A stretch of 64,000 nucleotides of DNA from Fibrobacteria bacterium (GTDB lineage: Bacteria; Fibrobacterota; Fibrobacteria; UBA11236; JADFYW01): assembly GCA_050294405.1 (NCBI GenBank), contig JBNKOC010000008.1, forward strand, positions 62,755 to 126,754, given 5' to 3'. Below are positions 27,628-37,726 of this stretch, one piece after another. The translations under genes and the position numbers were made by a program. The notes beneath the pieces were generated by a model. It saw nothing but the letters and a program-made list of their open reading frames with translations. It made no database searches and was not told the origin of the DNA. Positions within the stretch are counted from its first letter, which is position 1; every line of letters starts with the position of its first letter.

Positions 27628-28817
27628 CGACCCAGAAGCTCTAAAAGTCCAGTTTTTAGCCTTTCAAGTCCTTTTTCTAAATCAGAAACATCGCTGGTAA
27701 AAGACATTCTGGCCCATCCTTCAATTCCAAATGCACTACCGGGCACCAGGGCTAATTTTTGTTTTTCCAGGAACCAATGGCAAAACTCTTCACTGCTTTT
27801 AATAGGTTTTTCCTTATTTAAGAAGTTGGAAATGTTAAGTAAAAAGTAAAAGGCTCCTTCGGGACTAATAAAAGACAGTTTTTCAATACCCTTAAGTTTA
27901 CTTTCCACAAGTTCTTTTCTTTTTGAAAGGCTGTCTCTCAAATCATCAATATAGGATTGCGCTTTTTCATAAGCACCCAGGGCGGCATATTGGGAGGGAA
28001 GGGAAGGATGATGGGTGGATTGGCCTTGAAAAGCAGTGATTAACTTGGCAATGGGGGTGGGGGCTGCGGTAAAGCCAATTCGGTAACCGGTCATGGCATA
28101 GCGTTTGGAAACTCCATTGATAATTATGGTTCGCTGATACATTTCCCGCGACAAAGATGCAGGACTTTGAATGGAACTCTCTCCATAAACAAGGCTCTCG
28201 TATATTTCATCAGAAAGGCAGTACAAATCATTTTCCGCAATTATTTGCCCTAACTTTTCCAACTCTTCCCCATCAATAACGGTCCCAGAAGGGTTGTTGG
28301 GTGAATTTAAAACGATGGCCTTGGTTTTTGGACTTATGTATTGGGCTATATCCTTGGCTTGAGGCTTAAAATTTTTTTTAGCGTCCGTGGGAATTATTTT
28401 TGGAACCGCTCCTAAGAGACGTACCAGTTCCGGGTAGGTAACCCAGTAGGGCGAAAAAATCAAAATTTCATCCCCTGGATTGATAACCGCGTTTAACGCA
28501 TTAAAAAAGGCGTGCTTAGCTCCAGAGGAAACAGTGATATCTTGGGGCTGGTAATGGAGATTGTTTTCTATTTCTAATTTTTTACAAATAGCTTTTCGCA
28601 ATTCTAACAATCCCGCAGGAGAATTGTATTTGGAATAATCTTTTTCAATAGCCTTAATAGCGTTTTTTTTTGCCTGCTCTGGCGAGGCTTCTTTAGGTTC
28701 GCCGCTGGTAAGGTTAATGATATCTTCTCCCCTGGCTTGCATTTCCTTAGCCAGGGAGTCTAAGGAAACTGTTACAGATGGAGCCAAGTCTAAAATTTTA
28801 TGGGAGAGGGCTTTCAC
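27615..28817 (-). CDS. PLP-dependent class I aminotransferase (aspartate aminotransferase-like)
   Basis: GAKHA, PYWVTY, LNSPNNPSG, SDEIY, NGVSKRYAMTGYRIG, PGSAFG. Confidence 0.92.
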   Translation of the reverse strand: MKALSHKILDLAPSVTVSLDSLAKEMQARGEDIINLTSGEPKEASPEQAKKNAIKAIEKDYSKYNSPAGLLELRKAICKKLEIENNLHYQPQDITVSSGAKHAFFNALNAVINPGDEILIFSPYWVTYPELVRLLGAVPKIIPTDAKKNFKPQAKDIAQYISPKTKAIVLNSPNNPSGTVIDGEELEKLGQIIAENDLYCLSDEIYESLVYGESSIQSPASLSREMYQRTIIINGVSKRYAMTGYRIGFTAAPTPIAKLITAFQGQSTHHPSLPSQYAALGAYEKAQSYIDDLRDSLSKRKELVESKLKGIEKLSFISPEGAFYFLLNISNFLNKEKPIKSSEEFCHWFLEKQKLALVPGSAFGIEGWARMSFTSDVSDLEKGLERLKTGLLELLGRSKN

Positions 28818-31215
28818 TATTTTCGCTCAATTGATTGATTTTTTTTGAATCCAAATATCCTAATAAAAACGGGGAAAACAAAAGGGTGGCCAAAAAGGTC
28901 GACCCGATTCCCAAAATAGCTGTCAGCCCCATACTTTTCAATCCTAAATGGTGAGAAAAGCCAAGCCCAATAAAGCCGGCAAGAGAAGTTAGGGAGGTAG
29001 CAGTAATAATAACCCCTGTTTTTCTTAGAACCCAATATAAGGAGCCTATGCCTTCTTCCTTGTATCTATGGAATAAATGCACACTGTTATCGATGCCAAT
29101 CCCAATCATGGCTGGCAAAACTACAAGGTTGAAATAATTAATGCGTATTGAAAAAATACGCATGAGTCCCATTGTCCAAAGAATACCCAAAATTAAGGGT
29201 ATTAATACCAAGACAGTGGCTTTTAGGGAGCGGGTATTCAACAAAATTAAAGCGAACACAATGAACAAGGATAATATCAAAGCTTTAATGGTGTCCGGTA
29301 TCATGATATTCAACAAATCTGCATACACCAGCGCCATTCCAGAACTTTTGTATACATTGCCTTCGGGGGTTGTAATTTCTCTTACATCATTTGCAAAGGC
29401 TCTGCAATTTATCCCGCTGGATAAATCCACCGAAGGAAAAATAAAAACGAAATTTTCTTCTAACTGGTTTTTACCTATAAACTTTTTCTTAAAGCTAGGA
29501 GGCAAGTCGGTTAATCCCAAAGGTTTTACGTTCCAGTTGTTTCGCAATCGGATTAACTCAGCAGGCAACAAACTGTCGGGAGTAGAGCTAAAAACAGGTT
29601 CCAGCTTTTCTTTTATCTCATTTATGATTTGTATTTTTTCCGTTTGGTTTTGAGGCAGGAGGCTGTGGAGAGAGTAAACCGAATGTATAGTTGGACTTAA
29701 GCTATCCGTCTTAATTTGCCTTTGAATTTCCCGAGTAACCTCCGCCGCTTTGTCCGGGGAATCGGTCATAATTACGGCTGGCGTGACTATGGCTTCACCT
29801 GCAATGTGCAGTAAACTGTCTGCAGTCTCATTGGAGTTGGCAAAATCCAGTTTTTCAAAATTGTATTCAAAACGGGTTTGAACCCCTAATATTAAACTAA
29901 ATATGCTGATAAAAAAAGTGGCTATGCCAAAGGGCTTCCAGAGAGAAAATTTCCGTCGCTTAAAAAGATTTAAGCTATACATACGGCTGCCAAAAACATA
30001 AACCAACCGTTGCTTTTCTAAAAGAATCAGGATACAGGGAAACACCAATAATATGGCAATCATGGTGCAAATAATTCCCAATCCCGCTATGATGCCAAAT
30101 TCCGAAAAACCTTTAAACTGAGTTATGGTAATACTAAAAAAAGCCCCTGCTGATGTGAGCGCGCTGGTAGAAATGGCAGGTCCTGTTTCTAATGTTATGG
30201 TTTCAAAAGCCACCTCAGCCCCAAATCCTTTGCGGCGTTCTTCTACATATCTGGCTAATAGGTGTAAGGCGGCGTCTAAACCAAGACCAATTAAAATAAT
30301 TCCCAGAGATAGGGAAACTAAATTCAAGTGCCCCACAAAAATTTTAGCCAGGGCCAAAGTCCAGATAACCCCCATTCCCAGAGGAACAAGAGCTAATATG
30401 GGGCCTAGTGGCATTCTAAAATAAAACAAGGCAATTAGAAAGAATATGGCAAAAAAGGAAACCCAACCCGATTCTGTAACTTCCCTCATAAGCCTACCTT
30501 CATTTTGGATAGTTTCCAAAACTTCACCAGTCATTAAAATATCAAGACTACTATCCTGTTTTAAGGGGTCAATAACTCTATTTACATCCCGGTACAAAGA
30601 TTTACATTGAGTGTAATTGGATACATCAAAATTTGGAAATATATGCAGAATCAAAATGGTTTCATCCAGGCTTCCGTAATAGGGTTTTAGACGCCTGTTG
30701 TATTTTTGTTCTAAATCCTTAAAGTCCAGTTCTGGCTCGACGGGCGAATCTAGACTGTCTTCAGAACTAAGGTCTACTAATAAGGGATTGTTTTTTGCCT
30801 GGTGAAAAACTACCAGGCTATCGACCCTTTCCTCAATGGTTTTTAAATCTTCCAGGTTGATGTATAGCAGTTGGTTTTCTGAATAATATTGAATTTCATT
30901 TTTATAGTCCAAAAAATTAATGTTGGGGTGAGTGGAGAGCGCATTGGCTGTTTGTTGTAAAGTCCTTTTGTTAAAATTGGAGTCGGGAGATTGAAATATT
31001 AAGGTAAGTTTTCCCAATCCTCCAAAATTTTCTTCTGTTTTTTTTAGCAGTTGAATGCTGTGGAATTCGTTAGGGAGTACTTCTAAAAGAGAGGATTTTA
31101 AATGAATTTTATTAGCATAAAATGCGGCGATTGCAGTGAGTAAAAGACAAAGGCATATGACAGTAACGGGTCTTTTATGTAACTTATGAAATAATCTGCA
31201 AATAAGAGTATACAT
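28798..31215 (-). CDS. MMPL/RND-family transporter
   Basis: Two repeats of a periplasmic domain plus TM bundle with GLGLDAALH..RY and GIGIDNSVH..RY motifs. Confidence 0.9.
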   Translation of the reverse strand: MYTLICRLFHKLHKRPVTVICLCLLLTAIAAFYANKIHLKSSLLEVLPNEFHSIQLLKKTEENFGGLGKLTLIFQSPDSNFNKRTLQQTANALSTHPNINFLDYKNEIQYYSENQLLYINLEDLKTIEERVDSLVVFHQAKNNPLLVDLSSEDSLDSPVEPELDFKDLEQKYNRRLKPYYGSLDETILILHIFPNFDVSNYTQCKSLYRDVNRVIDPLKQDSSLDILMTGEVLETIQNEGRLMREVTESGWVSFFAIFFLIALFYFRMPLGPILALVPLGMGVIWTLALAKIFVGHLNLVSLSLGIILIGLGLDAALHLLARYVEERRKGFGAEVAFETITLETGPAISTSALTSAGAFFSITITQFKGFSEFGIIAGLGIICTMIAILLVFPCILILLEKQRLVYVFGSRMYSLNLFKRRKFSLWKPFGIATFFISIFSLILGVQTRFEYNFEKLDFANSNETADSLLHIAGEAIVTPAVIMTDSPDKAAEVTREIQRQIKTDSLSPTIHSVYSLHSLLPQNQTEKIQIINEIKEKLEPVFSSTPDSLLPAELIRLRNNWNVKPLGLTDLPPSFKKKFIGKNQLEENFVFIFPSVDLSSGINCRAFANDVREITTPEGNVYKSSGMALVYADLLNIMIPDTIKALILSLFIVFALILLNTRSLKATVLVLIPLILGILWTMGLMRIFSIRINYFNLVVLPAMIGIGIDNSVHLFHRYKEEGIGSLYWVLRKTGVIITATSLTSLAGFIGLGFSHHLGLKSMGLTAILGIGSTFLATLLFSPFLLGYLDSKKINQLSENSESPLP

Positions 31216-31234
31216 GAAAGGCTTTAACCAAACA

Positions 31235-32281
31235 TTAATTCAGGACAATTGTTTTCGTGGAAATCGAATCTGAGGCTGCCAGGTTATTTACTCTGAATTT
31301 TTTAATTCCCAATATTTGCCCGTTTTCCAATTCTACTTTTATTTTCCATAATCCATCTTCAATGTTATTTTTATAGGTGTAACCCCTGTATCCCGAACTG
31401 CGTCCGCTTTTAATTTGAAAGCCAATTTTATCCCGTTTTTGCCAGCTTTTTTGCCTCTCGTTATAATATTCCCATTGATGGTAAATTTTTGTTTCAATAC
31501 CATCGGGAGCAAATATGGAGCTAAAACAGGAAACAGGCTGATTTAACGGCTTTTGAATATTTTGTCTTCCCGGTTTTAAAAAGTAATACCAGGGCTTCTT
31601 TGCTACCGTGGCGCGGTACTCATTGTTTTCTTTTTGAATTTTCAAACTAAGCGCCATATTTTTTTGTACGAGAGGAACCGGGGGAATAATGTTTGCAATA
31701 AAGAAAAGAACCAAAATTATTTGCCCCAGAACGGAGGGCATTAGATTTTTAATGTTTTGCCGGGTTAGTTTTTTTAGGCCATAAGTTATGGCAAGGGCTA
31801 AAAGGCAGCTCAGGATAAACCAAATGGAATGTATACTTCCGAATACATGGGGCAATCCAAAATTTATAAACATGGTTCCGCAAAGAGTAAATAAAGTCCA
31901 ACTAATTATTTTTTTCTGGTAATAATCAGCCAAAAACTCATTGAGAACTAAAAATACCAAAAGCAAAAAAACTGTGATATATCCCCAAATATGGGAACTG
32001 GACTTAAAATAAAACACTACTAATGCGCTGAATATTCCGCCAAGAAAAAATTGCAAGCCCAGGGGTATGTATTTGCTCCATTTTCCCCCTAATTTTTTTT
32101 CCATGGCAAAAAGGCAAAACCCCGCGCCTAAATAATATGCCATTATGATATATAGATCGCTGGGTTTGATTTGCCGTCCCAAGGTAAAAGAGTCCCATAA
32201 AAAACCTGCAAAAAAGGCAATAGCAGGAAAATATCGGCTAACCCGCTTGTATTTGTCGGCGACGTTCTTTCTAATACTCAT
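31235..32281 (-). CDS. DUF2914-type membrane protein
   Basis: FFAGFLWDSFTLG, QFFLGGIFSALVVFYFKS, IPPVPL, IFAP, IYHQW, GYRGYTYK. Confidence 0.75.
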   Translation of the reverse strand: MSIRKNVADKYKRVSRYFPAIAFFAGFLWDSFTLGRQIKPSDLYIIMAYYLGAGFCLFAMEKKLGGKWSKYIPLGLQFFLGGIFSALVVFYFKSSSHIWGYITVFLLLVFLVLNEFLADYYQKKIISWTLFTLCGTMFINFGLPHVFGSIHSIWFILSCLLALAITYGLKKLTRQNIKNLMPSVLGQIILVLFFIANIIPPVPLVQKNMALSLKIQKENNEYRATVAKKPWYYFLKPGRQNIQKPLNQPVSCFSSIFAPDGIETKIYHQWEYYNERQKSWQKRDKIGFQIKSGRSSGYRGYTYKNNIEDGLWKIKVELENGQILGIKKFRVNNLAASDSISTKTIVLN

Positions 32282-32323
32282 TGAGTAAGATATAGTTTTT
32301 TGCGGCCATTTCCACAGATGTTT

Positions 32324-33202
32324 TTATTGGGGTCGGGTAATAAGTCCTGTAATAAATCCCTTTTTTAGCTCCCAAACTCCCTTGAAAAGGATTGCCCAAT
32401 CCCTTTGACCATTTTTGCGGCTGTGGAATTCTAAAAAATAAAGCATTCTCCTTAAAAAGGGCTTTATGTTAACTAAAAGACCATGTCTGCCCCAGAAGTA
32501 AGCCTCATTGAAACATTGGTGAAACACAAAATTTTCTTTGAAATTTTGGGAACGGCAACCTCCAAGGGGAATTTTTCGATGAAATATTCTCATTTTTGAA
32601 TTGAAGTAAATTTTTCCGCCCTTATTTAAAAATCGCCTGGCGAAATCAATTTCTTCTCCCTGTGAGCTGCCTTTAAAGTGCTTTGAAAATTTCAAGGACT
32701 TTGCCCAGTGGAGGGGGATTATGTTATGGCCACCTGGAAACATTTCGCAGAAAAAATTGGACTTGGAATTGTAATTGGTTTTTATTTCTCCTGTAACCAA
32801 ATCCACGGTTCCTACACCCTCCACATCGGGGACGTCTTGTTGGTCCACCGCTCCGGCAATAATATGATTTGGAAATTGTAATATGCTTTGTTTAGCCATT
32901 TCAATTAAGTCGGAGTTTGGAATAATATCATCATCCAGAAACATAACATGGCCACCGGCGGCTTTATTGATACCAAAATTTCTCGCTTTGGTCAGGGAAG
33001 GGGGATGGTTCCAGTAGAACTTAATATTGTCCCGTTGGCTAAACTTTTGCGGGATTTCCAGAGGAGGGGAGTTTTGATCAATAATTAATATTTCATCGCT
33101 ATCCTTTATTTGATTGGCAAGAACATCTAAGGTTTCGAATAGAACCTCACTTCTTCCCAAGCTGGGAATAATTATGGAAATGTTTGGACTTGGGTTATTC
33201 AT
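32324..33202 (-). CDS. GT2 family glycosyltransferase
   Basis: SIIIPS, EILIIDQ, ARNFGI, MFLDDD, GEEIDF. Confidence 0.88.
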   Translation of the reverse strand: MNNPSPNISIIIPSLGRSEVLFETLDVLANQIKDSDEILIIDQNSPPLEIPQKFSQRDNIKFYWNHPPSLTKARNFGINKAAGGHVMFLDDDIIPNSDLIEMAKQSILQFPNHIIAGAVDQQDVPDVEGVGTVDLVTGEIKTNYNSKSNFFCEMFPGGHNIIPLHWAKSLKFSKHFKGSSQGEEIDFARRFLNKGGKIYFNSKMRIFHRKIPLGGCRSQNFKENFVFHQCFNEAYFWGRHGLLVNIKPFLRRMLYFLEFHSRKNGQRDWAILFKGVWELKKGFITGLITRPQ

Positions 33203-35310
33203 TAAAATTGCTGCAATTTTGTTTTAAAAGCCCTTATTTTTTGTTGTTCACATAAAAGATGAAACTGAGCGAGATTTTTCCTAAGTTCATAACCGTCATA
33301 CAACTCTTTTTGCTGAAAGAAGTTTTCTAAATTTTGGCCAGATGGCAAATTTTTTGCAAGAGGATAACATGCCATGTTTCCACCACTGTTTTGATAATTA
33401 AAACATTCCACTTCGTTTCCCGCATTTAAGTAGGGGTGAAAATATTTTCCTAAAAAAGCTTTCCATTGGAAATTTCCTTTTTCATTTTCTTCCCAAATAA
33501 GAAAGTTTAAAATGTCTTGGCTCACTTCAGCTTCTTTATCGTAAAAAACATCTTTACTGGAATCGGATTGGGCTAAATAATACCAATGCAGCAGGCTTTT
33601 TATGTAGCTAAGTTTTGCGATGATGCTCTTATCCTTTTTCGCTTTGCCAGCCATTTTTTCTGATAAAATTTTTAAAGCCATTTCTCTTTCAAGACTATAG
33701 TTTTCCCTGGGTGTTTGGCTTAGCATTCCGTTCAATTCTACCCAAAGACTGTCTTTTTTTTGAAATGTATGTTTTTCTTTTTGCCTTAACTCAAAAACCA
33801 CATTTTTTGTGCTCTGGGCAAGCTCAATTCCGGCAAGGCTGTTTTCCCAATTTCCCAATTGGGAGATAATATTTTGAGCCTTTTCCAGGTATTGGATTTT
33901 TAGAAATAATAAGCCAAGTTGCGCGTAATAGTTTTTATCCGGGATTGAAAAATGGTCTGCCACCCATAAGTAAATTTCAAAAAGGCTTTTGGCTCCGTCA
34001 AAACTAAGCTCGGAATTTAATAATGCGATATTATTCAAGTATATCCTGGTGGAGTCCAGGTATTCCATATGTTCGGAAACTATAGATTTAGAAAACCGGA
34101 CAGCTTTTAAATAATTCCATATTGATTTTTCCCAATTTTCTAAACCCGAAGAATCGGGTATTGTGCAATCCTGTATTTGGGTTTGACGGGAATAACATTG
34201 GTAGAGTTGCTTGATTTGTAACAACTTTTTTTCTCCACTACTGTTCTTCTCAGCTAAAGTCACATCAACGGATTCCGCAATAAAATCCATACTTTCACTT
34301 TTGACATTTCTAAGTAAATACAAGCAAAAAGAATAATAATCGGAGAATGACCAGTTTTTGATTTGTTCATTTTCAAAAATTATTTTGGGATGGATTAGGC
34401 TGTCTAAAATCAGGTCCGCTAAGCTAAAAGTCAGTAATAGTTTTTTTTCCTCTTTTAATTCCCAGTTGATGTAGTTAACTAGGTTGCTGCTTATTTCTTC
34501 ATATTCTTTTTGCTTGTCTTTACTGGCTTTACAACCCTGGTAAAAAAAATTGTATAAACTGGATTGCTGCAATTTTGGATTGTCTTTTTGGAGAAAAAGC
34601 TTTTCTAATTGCAGGCAACTGAGCTCTTTTTGTCCATTGATATAACTTAAATCAGCCAAGTGGAACAGAAGGCTGTCTTTGATCTCCTTCTCCAGATTTT
34701 TGTTGAGCAGTTCCTTTAGCTTAGCAATGGCCCCATTAACATTTCCTTTTTGGCTCTCCAGCTCAATAATTCTGAACTCTGCTTCGGCTAACCTCTGGTA
34801 ATAGTCCTTTTGAGTTATGGGCAAAAAAAAGAGTTTCGATATTTTCTGAAGTTCTTCCAGGGCTTCTCTATATTGATTTTCCCTGTAGTATATTTGGTAT
34901 AAGTAAAAACGGGCCAAAGAGCCAAAACGGGTGCTTCCATCAAAGCTTTGTGTGAGCTCCTTAAAAAGGCTCTTCGACTTTTCCAATCGCCCCTGATTCC
35001 ACAACAAAGCTCCCAGATTTAATTGTATTTCCGGCAATTGAGGGGAGTGGGAAAAATCTTTTAAGTATTCCCCATACATATGCCATAAGTTTTGGTAAAA
35101 AAGAGAGTCGGGTTTTTCTTTTTCCTGGCCGGATTCCAGGGCAAGGTTAAATACATTCAGGATTTCGTTTTCACTGAGGTTTTTTATCCCTGGGTTGGAT
35201 GTTACGAATTGATTAAAACGCTCAAATTTTTCCACTTGGCTAAAGCCCATGAAGGGCAATAACAGGAAAAGCCCTGTGTTAATTTTTTTTATTGTTTTGA
35301 TCTTAACCAA
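33202..35310 (-). CDS. exported TPR-like protein
   Basis: Signal-like N-terminus; TPR-like helices (IQLNLGALLWNQGRLEKS, ARFYLYQIYY, LLFHLADLSY). Confidence 0.55.
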   Translation of the reverse strand: MVKIKTIKKINTGLFLLLPFMGFSQVEKFERFNQFVTSNPGIKNLSENEILNVFNLALESGQEKEKPDSLFYQNLWHMYGEYLKDFSHSPQLPEIQLNLGALLWNQGRLEKSKSLFKELTQSFDGSTRFGSLARFYLYQIYYRENQYREALEELQKISKLFFLPITQKDYYQRLAEAEFRIIELESQKGNVNGAIAKLKELLNKNLEKEIKDSLLFHLADLSYINGQKELSCLQLEKLFLQKDNPKLQQSSLYNFFYQGCKASKDKQKEYEEISSNLVNYINWELKEEKKLLLTFSLADLILDSLIHPKIIFENEQIKNWSFSDYYSFCLYLLRNVKSESMDFIAESVDVTLAEKNSSGEKKLLQIKQLYQCYSRQTQIQDCTIPDSSGLENWEKSIWNYLKAVRFSKSIVSEHMEYLDSTRIYLNNIALLNSELSFDGAKSLFEIYLWVADHFSIPDKNYYAQLGLLFLKIQYLEKAQNIISQLGNWENSLAGIELAQSTKNVVFELRQKEKHTFQKKDSLWVELNGMLSQTPRENYSLEREMALKILSEKMAGKAKKDKSIIAKLSYIKSLLHWYYLAQSDSSKDVFYDKEAEVSQDILNFLIWEENEKGNFQWKAFLGKYFHPYLNAGNEVECFNYQNSGGNMACYPLAKNLPSGQNLENFFQQKELYDGYELRKNLAQFHLLCEQQKIRAFKTKLQQF

Positions 35311-36941
35311 AGATTTTGATCCATGGCTTGGGAATCGCCCAGCTTGTATCTGAAATTACCACTAACAACATACAAATTACCCTCTTTATCCCGCAGCCGC
35401 CCTTCCGTTAGGGTTCCTTCCACCAATTGCTCCTTGCTGTCCAGGGTAGAACGAATACTGGTCCCCTCATCAAGAGCAATACTTGTATCTGAGTAGATCC
35501 AAACAGAGCTGTCGGCATTAATGGGAATTTGGGTGAAAATATAATAGGCGGGGTTTTCTATGGTGATTAATTTGTCCTTGTTTTGTCCGGGAGTTGTAAC
35601 AAATCCCAGTGGAAAATTTCCGAACTCCTCCTCGGCATAAATTTGAATACTATCTGCTCCATTTTCATTATGTATGCATTTCGAATCAAAATAATACTTA
35701 AGGGTATCCCCCCCATAGAACAAATGGAAGTAATCCTGCTGAGGAAATCTGCTCAAAGGGTTTTGCGCTATGGACTGGGAGTCCGCAGGGGAGAGTAGGG
35801 CGTTTAAGCCTGAGCCTTTTATACTCAATTTGTTATTTTGATATTGTGCATTTACAGATAAATTCAGGCTGTCGGTTTCCAAAAGCAAATTTCCATTTTC
35901 CACATTCCAATTTAAAAACAGGGGCCAATCTTCTTTGTTTGTAATTACCTTAATTTGTCCGTTGGCATAGAACAATAAATCATAATATTGGCCAAAATGG
36001 TTTTCCACCGGATTTCTATTGTAACCCATGGAATCCGATCGCCAGTAATTTTCAGTTAGAAATTCCAAGTCCACAAAGTTTTGGTTTTTTTTAGAGCTTG
36101 CATAAAATTGTATGTATTCCAACTCCTGCCCTGCCAAACTGTCCAGTTGAAGCAGGTTTTTAGAACCCAATGGCCAGAGTCTGAGGGAGTCGTAATGGCC
36201 TTCCAGAGTGTTGAAATAGTCAATAAGGTAGGTTTCACTAGAGTTGTTATTGGATAATTTAAGGCTGTCTCCGAAAATTTCCGCATCCATAACAATTGTA
36301 TCCAATTGGCCCCGCAAAGATTTGTAAATGGTCACCGATTCTTCCTCAAATACATAGTAGGTGATTTCCCGGCTAAAATCTTGGGGCTGAAACTGCCTAT
36401 CCTCATTTCTGTACCCCGAATACTCCCAGGTTTTGGCGCTGGAATCGCTTTTCATATACAAGTGACCTACAAAATCTTCCTGGGATGGAACGGGGATTTT
36501 TTCAAAATGTATGTAGTCTTCGGAATCTTCAAAATACAGGTTCAGGTAATAGCCTTCGAAATAAAGCCTGGTTTTGAGGCTGGCTTCCCAATTTTCATTT
36601 TCTCCATTTGTCCCGGAAAAAGATAAACGCTTTGCATTCTGGTTGTATGTTATCGTCCCATTTAGATAGCCGGGGAAAATATCAGCGGATTTATTCTTTA
36701 TATATACAGAAGAGTCTTTTAAAATTTCAATGCGGATTTGAGAATAGGACTGAATCTTGTCGTTTTGCGCTTCGAATAGATAGGTGGAAATCCATTCTCC
36801 TTCAAAAAGCTGAATGTTCCAGTCTGGCTCTTCGTTTATTATTTCATCCAGTTCATCCTGGGGATCCTGGAAATTAACCGAGCAGGCCATATAGCAAAGC
36901 GCTCCCGCAAAAACGAAAAAAAGCGGAAATAAGTGTTTCAT
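35289..36941 (-). CDS. hypothetical lipoprotein (beta-rich, acidic)
   Basis: 550-aa ORF with lipobox-like YMAC after a hydrophobic stretch; repeated short beta segments. Confidence 0.6.
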   Translation of the reverse strand: MKHLFPLFFVFAGALCYMACSVNFQDPQDELDEIINEEPDWNIQLFEGEWISTYLFEAQNDKIQSYSQIRIEILKDSSVYIKNKSADIFPGYLNGTITYNQNAKRLSFSGTNGENENWEASLKTRLYFEGYYLNLYFEDSEDYIHFEKIPVPSQEDFVGHLYMKSDSSAKTWEYSGYRNEDRQFQPQDFSREITYYVFEEESVTIYKSLRGQLDTIVMDAEIFGDSLKLSNNNSSETYLIDYFNTLEGHYDSLRLWPLGSKNLLQLDSLAGQELEYIQFYASSKKNQNFVDLEFLTENYWRSDSMGYNRNPVENHFGQYYDLLFYANGQIKVITNKEDWPLFLNWNVENGNLLLETDSLNLSVNAQYQNNKLSIKGSGLNALLSPADSQSIAQNPLSRFPQQDYFHLFYGGDTLKYYFDSKCIHNENGADSIQIYAEEEFGNFPLGFVTTPGQNKDKLITIENPAYYIFTQIPINADSSVWIYSDTSIALDEGTSIRSTLDSKEQLVEGTLTEGRLRDKEGNLYVVSGNFRYKLGDSQAMDQNLWLRSKQ

Positions 36942-37029
36942 TTCCGAAAAACCTTTTTAATTACCATGGATTAATTTTATTATACCTGCATTACAAAGGG
37001 AAAGCGCATATGGCCTTTCTGAAGGAGAT

Positions 37030-37647
37030 TTGGAAAAAGTGAATCCTGTTCGAAAAATATATGACTGGGTGTTGGGTTTGGCTCAATCTCCCTACGGCAG
37101 TTTTTGGCTTATTTTATTGGCAATTGCCGAATCTTCCTTTTTTCCTATTCCCCCTGACGTGCTGCTAATAGCCCTTTGTCTTGGAAACCAGAAAAAAAGC
37201 TGGACCTTTGGGCTGATTTGCTCGTTGGGTTCTGTGATAGGTGGGGTTGCCGGTTACGCTATCGGACATTTTATGTGGTGGAGTGGGGCTGAGTTTTCGG
37301 GATTTGCCCAATGGTTTTTTGACTATATCCCAGGTTTTAAAGAAGCCAAATTTTTCGAGGTAAAAGAACTGTACGAAAAGTTCAATTTCTGGATAGTTTT
37401 TGCTGCGGGATTTACCCCCATTCCCTATAAAATTATCACAATCTCCGCAGGGGCCTTTTCAGTGGATTTCGCCATGTTTTTAATAGCCTCAATGGTGGGT
37501 CGAAGCGCCCGTTTTATTCTAGTATCCGGTTTATTGTATTTTTTCGGCTATCCCATTAAAAACTGGATAGACAAGTATTTTAACTGGCTGGCCATTATTT
37601 TTACCCTACTTTTGGTTGGCGGATTCTGGTTGATAAAGTTACTTTAA
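37030..37647 (+). CDS. YqaA/DedA (VTT) family membrane protein
   Basis: AESSFFPIPPDVLL, GSVIGG, GFTPIPYK, GRSARF. Confidence 0.92.
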   Translation: MEKVNPVRKIYDWVLGLAQSPYGSFWLILLAIAESSFFPIPPDVLLIALCLGNQKKSWTFGLICSLGSVIGGVAGYAIGHFMWWSGAEFSGFAQWFFDYIPGFKEAKFFEVKELYEKFNFWIVFAAGFTPIPYKIITISAGAFSVDFAMFLIASMVGRSARFILVSGLLYFFGYPIKNWIDKYFNWLAIIFTLLLVGGFWLIKLL

Positions 37648-37726
37648 AAGTAGAGAAGCCATCAAATTCGGGAATTACTGGCTTTTGTAGACAGATAAAT
37701 GCATTTTAAATGCCACAGGATTTCTA

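Noticed and set aside
27535..27647. SRP RNA, 6S RNA or a known riboswitch
   Set aside because: No SRP helix-8 motif (CAGG..GNRA..AGCA), too short for 6S, no recognisable aptamer; better explained as a copy of the dispersed repeat.
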